64,000 nt of DNA, from NCBI RefSeq assembly GCF_006345805.1, contig NC_043010.1, positions 13,702,001 through 13,766,000 on the forward strand, written 5' to 3'. This document shows positions 34,949 to 44,711 of the stretch, one piece after another. The notes beneath the pieces were generated by a model. It worked only from the letters and a program-made list of their open reading frames with translations, made no database searches and was not told the origin of the DNA. Each line of letters starts with the position of its first letter. The first letter of the stretch is position 1. The translations under genes were made by a program, and so were the position numbers. The stretch is from Octopus sinensis. Its lineage: Eukaryota.

Positions 34949-35100
34949 TTGGACAGATATGTGTCCTCACCTTGTTTGTTGTTACCACATTTCTACCAGG
35001 ACACCTAATGAAGGTTGGAGAGGGAATCAGCCGAAACATGGTTACAACAAACAAGATGAGGACACATATCTGTCCAATGTACAGAATTCCTCATCTCTAA
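34949..35100 (+). mobile_element. Penelope-like terminal fragment with 45-bp inverted duplication and degenerate hammerhead core
   Basis: Arms 34949-34993 and 35033-35077; ctaatga-a-ggttgg..tcagcc-gaaac in the loop; interrupts a family-B SINE. Confidence 0.55.
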
Positions 35101-35210
35101 AATATAGGAAAGTACCAGTTGAACACTGGGGTCAATGTAATCAACTCCCCCACCCCATGAAATCACTGGCCCAGTGTCAAAATTTAAAACCATTATTATT
35201 ATTATTATTA

Positions 35211-35715
35211 GGACTATAGCGAAAGAGGTGGTATGGTGGACCCGTTTGAAAGGGCTAAGGTCAGACATTTTCCTCTTTGGCCAGGCCTCATCAACTTTTT
35301 CAAGTTTCACTTGAAAAGGAAGATGAGAGTAGAGAAGGAAGTGATGTCTGGTAGCAAGTTTATTTGAAAGGTGGGTGAATGTCGGAAGAATGGCCAGTAT
35401 GAACGGACCAATTCTGAGGATACACCTGTGAAAAATTAAAAGGAAATATAGAAGGAGAAAGGGGCTCTCTACCCCCCTTTTGACCAGGCTCCCGTGGCTT
35501 TTATGGGTTTTTCCACGAGTAACCTTTCGAAGCACCTCCCCCTATTGGGAGTTTTAATTGTTACTTACATTTCGTTGTCATCCTGCTTTTGTGCACAGAC
35601 TTTTTCAAACGGACAAAACCCTTTGTAACTTTCGTCCTGTGTTTTGTCCTTTTATGTTATAATTAATTTTTGTCAGCCCTTGTGGCCAATAGACAAATTA
35701 ATTATTATTATTATT
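35211..35715 (+). mobile_element. Second copy of the Tx1-like LINE 3' end
   Basis: Aligns by eye to 4140-4585 (gcgaaagagg...ttgaaagg...gggtgaatgtcgg; tail gtcagcccttgtggccaata + (ATT)n). Confidence 0.8.
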
Positions 35716-36149
35716 AGGGCAGTGAATTCGCAGAATTGTTAGAGCATCAGAAAAAATGCCTTGCAGTGTTTGTTTTGGGTTCAAATTCTGCTAAAGTCAA
35801 CTTTGCCAATTATCCTTTCGGAGCCAATAAAATAAAGTACCAATCAAGTACTGGGGATGATCACATTAACTAATCCACTTACCTCAAAATTGCTGGCCAT
35901 ATACCTAAATCAGATATCTTTATTATAATCCTTTCTGTAATAGGCACAAGGCCTGAAGTTTTGATAGAAGGGACTAGTTAATTACATTGGCTCCAGTGTT
36001 CAACTGGTATTTATTTTTTTTGACCCCGAAAGGATGAACAGCATAGTCAACCCCAGTGAAATTTGAACTCCAAATGTAAAGATGGATGAAATGTAACTAA
36101 GCAATTTGTTCAGCATACTAACAATTCTGTCAGCTCGCTGCCTTAGAAA

Positions 36150-36528
36150 TCTCTCTATATATAAACGGCAAAATGTCTGTGTGTGTGTGTGTGTGTGCAT
36201 GTCCTTTATACAAATCCACAATTTTTCAGTTAGAGGGCTCGCACTTTCTATGGTCATTCAAAACCGTCCAAGGGTGGTCGTGCACATCTTTACACTTCCC
36301 CAGTCACCCAGCAAAGCCATTAAAAAAATCAATAGAAGTAAATCTTTTGTGAATTTTCTATCCAAAACCCAATCAAAATGCCCGAAACTTGATATGCCAA
36401 TTGAATGCCAGCCAGCTGTATGTAATTGGTCGGAGATTTGGACAGTACGCGCATGTATGTGCGCACGCACGCAGCTGTATATGCATGCACTAGCACTATG
36501 ACCCGGCAACACCGGGTCATAGTGCTAA
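36150..36528 (+). mobile_element. Non-autonomous Helitron, family H1 copy 2
   Basis: A|TCTCTCTATATATAAA ... hairpin ... CTAA|T; A/T insertion site, no TSD. Confidence 0.85.
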
Positions 36529-37119
36529 TCTTTATTATAATAATAATGATGATGAAAAGACAGAAAATATAGAATGTCAAAAAGCCTTTTTAATTCTTAA
36601 TATATTTGGCAAATAAAGAAAAGGTCTATTGAATACATATTTTATCAGAAATTTCTCATGATGGAAACTACATTAATTAAAACAGCAAATTTTAATCAGA
36701 AGGAACAATATAAACCAAACAAAAAACAAAAAAAAATAACAATCACGTGAACCAAGCCTGCATTTTCTGATACCACATAATAACAATTTTTTCAACAATG
36801 TTTCATGATTAAGGGTCACCAAACTTTTAGTGATTTTGTTGAAAACTATCTTCAATGTGTTCAGTACTCCACTGCAGAGGAAAGAAAGGGTTTCAGTATT
36901 TAATATATTTGATAGTAATTTTACAAGTTACCTATTTTTTTAGAGAGGGAAGCAGGCTGTTTACTCTGTATCTCTCTCTCCTTTGCTCTGCTCCCATTTC
37001 CAATAACAACATATACACCAAGTTCAAGTTATAACTGAATATATTTTGTCCTTTTCCTCCAGCCTAACCTTTAATATTATTTTAAAAGATCACCAATACT
37101 ATATTATTCTTTGTTTGGA

Positions 37120-37430
37120 ACGATGGATCTCAAAGGCGGTATTGGCTATAGTCTAGTCACCCGTGTAGTCAACCAGGTGGTACATGAAGGAGTCATACCC
37201 AATGACTGGTGTAGCAGCACCATAGTCAACTGCTACAAAGATAAAGGTGACACATTAGATACAAATAATTACAGAGGTATCAAGTTGTTGGATCAGGTAA
37301 TGAAGGTCACGGAGAGAGTCATAGCCCAACTAATTAGGGAGAGAGTTAGTTTAGATGAGATGCAGTTTGGGTTTGTGCCAGGGAAAAGCACCACTGATGC
37401 TATATTTCTGGTAAGGCAGCTGCAGCAGAA
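37120..37430 (+). mobile_element. Internal RT fragment of the same RTE LINE
   Basis: Nearly identical to 45722-46010 (VVHEGVIPNDWCSSTIVNCYKDKGDTLDTNNYRGIKLLDQ). Confidence 0.9.
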
Positions 37431-37524
37431 ACAATAGCATTGCAACATTAGATTTTTAAAAATCCTCGGATAAAACAAAATGTCAAAGACAGCCTTTTTT
37501 GACCCAATGTCTACATCTTTTATC

Positions 37525-37910
37525 TCTACTTGTTTCAGTCATCAGACAGTGGCCATGCTGGGGCACCACCTTGAAGAATTTTTAGTTGAATCAATCAATG
37601 CTAGTGCTTATTTTTTTTAAAGCTTGATACTTATTTTATTGGTCTCCCTTGTCGAACTACTAAGTTACAGTGATATAAAGACATAAACACACCAACACTG
37701 GTTGTCAAAACAACTGTGGAGGACAAGCACAGACACGACACACGACAGGATTCTTTCAGTTTCCGTCTACCAAATCCACTCAGAAGGCTTTGGTTGGCCT
37801 GAAGTTATAATAGAAGACACCTGTCCAAGGTGTCATGCAGTGGGACTGAACCCGGAACCACATGGTTCGGAAGCAAGCTTCTCACCACACAACCACACCT
37901 ATGGCTATTT
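37525..37910 (-). mobile_element. Family-A-related SINE that seeds the 141-bp satellite
   Basis: Tail at 37525; its head is the first satellite unit. Confidence 0.85.
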
Positions 37911-40338
37911 TTTATAGCTTTATCTGCTTTGAGTTCGGCCTGATGTTATAATAGAAGACACCTGTCCAAGGTGTCATGCAGTGGAACTGAACCCGGAACC
38001 ACATGGTTCGGAAGCAAGCTTCTCACCACACAACCACACCTATGGCTATTTTTTATAGCTTTATCTGCTTTGAGTTCGGCCTGATGTTATAATAGCAGAC
38101 TCCTGTCCAAGGTGTCATGCAGTGGAACTGAACCCAGAACCACATGGTTCGGAAGCAAGCTTCTCACCACACAACCACACCTATGGCTATTTTTTATAGC
38201 TTTATCTGCTTTGAGTTCGGCCTGATGTTATAATAGAAGACACCTGTCCAAGGTGTCATGCAGTGGAACTGAACCCGGAACCACATGGTTCGGAAGCAAA
38301 CTTCTCACCACACAACCACACCTATGGCTATTTTTTATAGCTTTATCTGCTTTGAGTTCGGCCTGATGTTATAATAGAAGACACCTGTCCAAGGTGTCAT
38401 GCAGTGGGACTGAACCCAGAACCACATGGTTCGGAAGCAAGCTTCTCACCACACAACCACACCTATGGCTATTTTTTTATAGCTTTATCTGCTTTGAGTT
38501 CGGCCTGATGTTATAATAGAAGACACCTGTCCAAGGTGTCATGCAGTGGGACTGAACCCAGAACCACATGGTTCGGAAGCAAGCTTCTCACCACACAACC
38601 ACACCTATGGCTATTTTTTTATAGCTTTATCTGCTTTGAGTTCGGCCTGATGTTATAATAGCAGACTCCTGTCCAAGGTGTCATGCAGTGGAACTGAACC
38701 CGGAACCACATGGTTCGGAAGCAAACTTCTCACCACACAACCACACCTATGGCTATTTTTTATAGCTTTATCTGCTTTGAGTTCGGCCTGATGTTATAAT
38801 AGAAGACACCTGTCCAAGGTGTCATGCAGTGGGACTGAACCCGGAACCACATGGTTCGGAAGCAAGCTTCTCACCACACAACCACACCTATGGCTATTTT
38901 TTTATAGCTTTATCTGCTTTGAGTTCGGCCTGATGTTATAATAGAAGACACCTGTCCAAGGTGTCATGCAGTGGGACTAAACCCAGAACCACATGGTTCG
39001 GAAGCAAACTTCTCACCACACAACCACACCTATGGCTATTTTTTATAGCTTTATCTGCTTTGAGTTCGGCCTGATGTTATAATAGAAGACACCTGTCCAA
39101 GGTGTCATGCAGTGGGACTGAACCCAGAACCACATGGTTCGGAAGCAAGCTTCTCACCACACAACCACACCTATGGCTATTTTTTTATAGCTTTATCTGC
39201 TTTGAGTTCGGCCTGATGTTATAATAGAAGACACCTGTCCAAGGTGTCATGCAGTGGAACTGAACCCGGAACCACATGGTTCGGAAGCAAACTTCTCACC
39301 ACACACACACACCTATGGCTATTTTTTATAGCTTTCTGCTTTGAGTTCGGCCTGATGTTATAATAGAAGACACCTGTCCAAGGTGTCATGCAGTGGGACT
39401 GAACCCAGAACCACATGGTTCGGAAGCAAGCTTCTCACCACACAACCACACCTATGGCTATTTTTTATAGCTTTATCTGCTTTGAGTTCGGCCTGATGTT
39501 ATAATAGAAGACACCTGTCCAAGGTGTCATGCAGTGGGACTGAACCCGGAACCACATGGTTCGGAAGCAAGCTTCTCACCACACAACCACACCTATGGCT
39601 ATTTTTTATAGCTTTATCTGCTTTGAGTTCGGCCTGATGTTATAATAGAAGACACCTGTCCAAGGTGTCATGCAGTGGGACTGAACCCGGAACCACATGG
39701 TTCGGAAGCAAACTTCTCACCACACAAGCACACCTAAGGCTATTTTTTTATAGCTTTATCTGCTTTGAGTTCGGCCTGATGTTATAATAGAAGACACCTG
39801 TCCAAGGTGTCATGCAGTGGGACTGAACCCAGAACCACATGGTTCGGAAGCAAGCTTCTCACCACACAACCACACCTATGGCTATTTTTTTATAGCTTTA
39901 TCTGCTTTGAGTTCGGCCTGATGTTATAATAGAAGACACCTGTCCAAGGTGTCATGCAGTGGAACTGAACCCGGAACCACATGGTTCGGAAGCAAGCTTC
40001 TCACCACACAACCACACCTATGGCTATTTTTTATAGCTTTATCTGCTTTGAGTTCGGCCTGATGTTATAATAGAAGACACCTGTCCAAGGTGTCATGCAG
40101 TGGGACTGAACCCGGAACCACATGGTTCGGAAGCAAACTTCTCACCACACAAGCACACCTAAGGCTATTTTTTTATAGCTTTATCTGCTTTGAGTTCGGC
40201 CTGATGTTATAATAGAAGACACCTATCCAAGGTGTCATGCAGTGGGACTGAACCTGGAACCACATGGTTCGGAAGCAAGCTTCTCACCACACAACCACAC
40301 CTATGGCTACTTTTTATAACTTTATCTGCTTTGAGTTC
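37804..40338. repeat. Satellite of 18 units of 139-142 bp derived from a family-A SINE 5' head plus ~45 bp flank
   Basis: Unit starts (gttataatag) at 37804, 37945, 38086 ... 40064, 40206. About 95 bp match the reverse complement of the SINE head seen elsewhere in the window. Confidence 0.95.
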
Positions 40339-40609
40339 CACTGTTCCAAAAAAGAATTATTCCATATTCTCTCCAAAATTTACAGGTGTTTATGACGTCA
40401 ACAGTATTATTCAAAAACAAGTTGCATTTCAATAGGACACATTTCAATATATCAGGTTTCTATTGTAAATGTAAATAAGGTGCATGATACATTAAGTGTG
40501 AAAACAATAAGTTACAAAGATTCATGAATGTGCGTCTAAAACCTTTTATTTACTAACTATTCAAATAATCTCTCTTGTTTGTTGTCCACCATTGTATCTG
40601 TACACTTAG

Positions 40610-40782
40610 ACTTTTACTTGTTTCAGTCAATTGACTGTGGCCATGCTGGAGCACCGCCTTTAAGTCGACCAAGTCGATCCCAGGACTTATTCTTTGTCGT
40701 CTCTTTTGCCGAACCGCTAAGTTACAGGGACGTAAACACACAAGCATCGGTTGTCAAGCGATGATGGGGAGGACAAACACAG

Positions 40783-40829
<47 letters not shown>

Positions 40830-40842
40830 CATATATATATAC

Positions 40843-40923
<81 letters not shown>

Positions 40924-41132
40924 CATATATATATTCATATATATATATATATATAATACATATACATATATACGACAGGTTTCTTTCAGTTTCCGTCTAC
41001 CAAATCCACTCACAAGGCTTTGGTCGGCCCGAGGCTATAGCAGAAGACACTTGCCCAAAGTGCCACGCAGTGGGACTGAACCCGGAACCATGTGGTTCGT
41101 AAGCAAGCTACTTACCACACAGCCACTCCTAT
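40610..41132 (-). mobile_element. Family-A SINE with expanded internal (TA)n (~180 bp)
   Basis: Standard SINE segments flank 40790-40970. Confidence 0.9.
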
Positions 41133-41741
41133 CCTTATTTTTATACATAATTTATTTAGTATACCATTTTTTTTTTCATGGTTTCAAGAGTCAACAGAGG
41201 GAAAGAACTGTTTTCTCTTGTGGTACCATTTCCAACTGTTCTAATTAGCTAAGTAGTAAACAACTCTATTGTTTATTATATTTTAGCTACGATGATGACT
41301 TTTCACTCACCGGGGGGGGAGGTAAAAAAGAAAAAAAGGGAAAAAATAGAAAAAGAGAGGAAAAAAAAAAAATAAAAGAGACAGGTGACTCTTCTGTCAA
41401 GAGTTGCAACTAACAGACAGTATTATTCAGCAACTGAAAATCTAAGAGTGACATAGTTTCCTTGGTTTGCTATGAAGATTGGCTGCAATGGAGATGATGA
41501 TGATGATGATGATGATGACTTATAAAAACTATTTCTTTATTTAGTAAACTTACAGTGTAGACAGATGTAAAGATGTGTAGGTGTGCTAGACATCCCATTC
41601 ATATTACAAATTACAGAAAATTACATTCGTATATCACATTCATATAAACAAACGGGTTAACATGAGCTTGTATCTTGCTGTAAGTATTGCTTGCATTTTT
41701 GAACAAGACGCTTTGTTTGACTTGCATTTGAGGAGTTGATA

Positions 41742-42153
41742 TACAGGTGCAGGAGTGGCTTTGTGGTAATAGCTTGCTAACCAACCACATGGTTCCGGGT
41801 TCAGTCCCACTGCGTGGCATCTTGGGCAAGTGTCTTCTGCTATAGCCCCGGGCCGACCAATGCCTTGTGAGTGGATTTGGTAGACGGAAAACTGAAAGAA
41901 GCCCGTCGTATATATGTATATATATATATATATTTGTGTGTGTGTGTTTGTCCCCCTAGCATTGCTTGACAACCGATGCTGGTGTGTTTATGTCCCCATT
42001 ACTTAGCGGTTCGGCAAAAGAGACCGATAGAATAAGTACTGGGCTTACAAAAAGAATAAGTCCCGGTGGTCGAGTTGCTCGATTAAAGGCGGTGCTCCAG
42101 CATGGTCGCAGTCAAATGACTGAAACAAGTAAAAGAGTAAAAGAGTAAGAGTA
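41742..42153 (+). mobile_element. Family-A SINE
   Basis: Full-length copy. Confidence 0.9.
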
Positions 42154-42496
42154 TACAACAAATAAGATTCCTCTTAAAATTATTACATAGTTGTGTGTGT
42201 GTGTGTGTGTGTGTGTGTATTCCTATCCAAAATAGGGATTTGTTTCTCAACTGCTTGATACTTGAGGAATTAGTGGCAAGTGATGCAAAGCAACCGATGA
42301 AGAAAGAAGACATGACAGCTTGCAGGTTTTCGTTTCAGGTCACACATTTTTCTTTCTTTTTAATTTTAAGTGCATCGTTAAAGCTTTTATGAAAGGCATC
42401 AACATAACACAAATTCATTTCACCCCCTCACCTTCAGAATTATAAGGTGTTAAGAACTATCATATAAACTATATAATCTTTCTTCCTTTTTTCCGA

Positions 42497-42783
42497 CCAG
42501 TCCATCAGATGTAGTTACACATCGCTGGTCACAATGCGTTTTGCATTGTTTTAGCCTTCGAATGACGCCACCCCGCTGGCTAAGCGAGCAGGCCAACAGA
42601 AGAAAGAGTAGGAGAAAGAGTGGTGAAAGAGTACAGCAGGGATCACCACCCCCTGCCGGAGCCTTGTGGAGCTTTTAGGTGTTTTCGCTCAATAAACACT
42701 CATAACGCCCGGTCTGGGAATCGAAACCGTGATCCTACGACCACGAGTCCACTGCCCTAACCACTGGGCCATTGCGCCTCCAC
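42497..42783 (-). mobile_element. SINE family D
   Basis: Homologous to 19819-20122. Confidence 0.9.
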
Positions 42784-42868
42784 ATAAACTATATAATGAA
42801 TCAATAAATGACAAACTGGAAATGAATGATGGCCTTCAATGAAACATAAACAAAGAAAGATTATTTAG

Positions 42869-43605
42869 CCCTTTAGCACTTAAGCTGGACATTTTAGGGC
42901 CAAATGTTCTATGTTCAAACTGACCGACTTTGGCTTCTCACACCTACAAGGTCATTCTAAAAATATACAAACACATTGAAATCTAGGAGCATTCCGTCGG
43001 TTACGACGACGAGGGTCCCAGCTGATACGATCAACGGAACAGCCTGCTCATGAAATTAACGTGCAAGTGGCTGAGCATTACACAGACATGTGTACCCTTA
43101 ACACGTAGTTCTCAGGGTGATTCAGCATGACACAGAGTGTGACAAGGCTGGCCCTTTGAAATACAGGTGCAACTCATTTTTGCCAGCTGAGTGGACTGGA
43201 GCAATGTGAAATAAAGTGTCTTGCTCAAGGACACAAGTCGTCGCCAGGAATTGAACTCACAACCTTACAATCGTGAGCAGAATGCCCTAACCACTAAGCC
43301 ACGCACCGTCACCATTGAAATCTAGAAGCAGTGAGATAATGCATGATTAATTCAAACCAATTTGAATAAATAAGCATTATGCTTGACAGAATTATCTGAA
43401 TGCTAAAAGGTTAAACCAGTTATATCCGGCACAAATATTCCATTTTATATTCAAACAGGCCAGATCTAGCCTTTCACACTTACCCTAAAATGTCATTCTA
43501 TAAAATAAACAATCACACCATCAAAATCTCAAAGCTACAAGATAATGCAAGATTAATTCCAAACAATGTGAATAAATAAGCATTACATTTCAGAAGTAAA
43601 CGGTT
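42869..43605. mobile_element. Two further copies of the same TTAA MITE, inverted; the first is interrupted by a SINE
   Basis: ccctttagca ... gctaaaagg|TTAA, then a second degenerate copy; reverse-complement homology to 18410-18631. Confidence 0.7.
42987..43312 (-). mobile_element. SINE family F with 13-bp TSD
   Basis: cattgaaatctag at 42974-42986 and 43313-43325. Confidence 0.92.
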
Positions 43606-43709
43606 AAACGCAAATTATTCGTAGGTGTCCAACTCTGGTTTCTATAGTTTTAAGCAAATTAAAACAATTCTCCCCCAGATTATGAGAGCAATCTGCAACA
43701 AGAATCTAA

Positions 43710-44124
43710 GGATCTTTTCGGTTTGAACGGCAGTTTTTTCTAGCAGTGTCATATGAAATTGTCACCCATAATTATGACCCTAGTATCGATCTATTGCATT
43801 TCAATCTGTTTTAGGGTTAGGGTTTGGGTGGGGGAAGGGTATTTTTTTTCTTCACAAATGTAAATAAACCCAGTCTGTTTCTTAAGCGAGGGACATTTTC
43901 ATACGGCACAGAATGTTTTCACCTCAATAGACGTCATTGATTGGTTGAAATTGCAGAAATTGAAGAAAAAAAAACAACAAATATCTTACAAACTATAGAA
44001 TTTTCTCAATAAAGCCAAGAGAAAAAGATGTTTTATAAACACATTCTAGCAGTATACGAAGTTTAAAAGTGTTTAGTTACGTGGAAATTATTTTAAAAAA
44101 CTACCGTTCAAACCGAAAAGATCC
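43710..44124. mobile_element. Second copy of the same MITE, opposite orientation, 30-bp TIR
   Basis: ggatcttttcggtttgaacggcagtttttt / aaaaaactaccgttcaaaccgaaaagatcc; flanks gaatctaa and gaatccat match 6/8. Confidence 0.9.
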
Positions 44125-44249
44125 GAATCCATCTCAGAGAAGTCTAATACTTGTTCTCCACCGTCATCAGTTGAAATGAGTAGAATTAACTGTCACATCC
44201 AGATACACAATGAAAAGTCTGCTGTAAGATACAAACTCATGAACCATTG

Positions 44250-44312
44250 CCACTACCACCACCACCACCACCACCACCACCACCACCACCACCACTACCA
44301 CCACCACCACAC
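44250..44312. repeat. (CAC)n microsatellite
   Basis: Direct reading. Confidence 0.95.
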
Positions 44313-44466
44313 TAAACATTATTCACACAACCATGTTGACTGAATCATAAAATACATTTCATAGTGCTGAAATTATTTCATGACTAAATTACTTTTACAG
44401 TTTAAATGGTTGATTAATTTTTAAATCTACTTAGAAATTGACATATTGAAGAGGTTTCAAATATTC

Positions 44467-44536
<70 letters not shown>

Positions 44537-44542
44537 AATATA

Positions 44543-44700
44543 CTTTATTTAAAGCAGCAGAAAATTCAACAAAACCCGGGAAACTCAGAGTAACAGGTTT
44601 TGTTGAATTTTCTGCTGCTTTAAATAAAGCATATTACTCTACCACTGGTATTTGAGTACTCTTTTTTCCACCTTGTTTCACATTTATGTGTTTACTCCGG
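44543..44700 (+). mobile_element. Penelope-like terminal fragment with perfect 34-bp inverted duplication
   Basis: Arms 44543-44576 and 44596-44629; downstream part homologous to 22480-22580. Confidence 0.45.
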
Positions 44701-44711
44701 TATATATACAT

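Larger units (their letters stand above)
33690..36142. mobile_element. Nested cluster of at least 5 family-B SINEs in both orientations with Tx1 and Penelope-like inserts
   Basis: Copies at about 33690-33990(-), 34170-34330(-), 34806-35200(+), 35717-35920(+), 35928-36142(-). Confidence 0.75.

Noticed and set aside
37804-40338. Possible CRISPR-like array
   Set aside because: No unique spacers; whole units repeat, SINE-derived, eukaryotic context.
43810-43835. Telomere-like ttagggttaggg (inverse at about 13290)
   Set aside because: Only two units, internal to a MITE.
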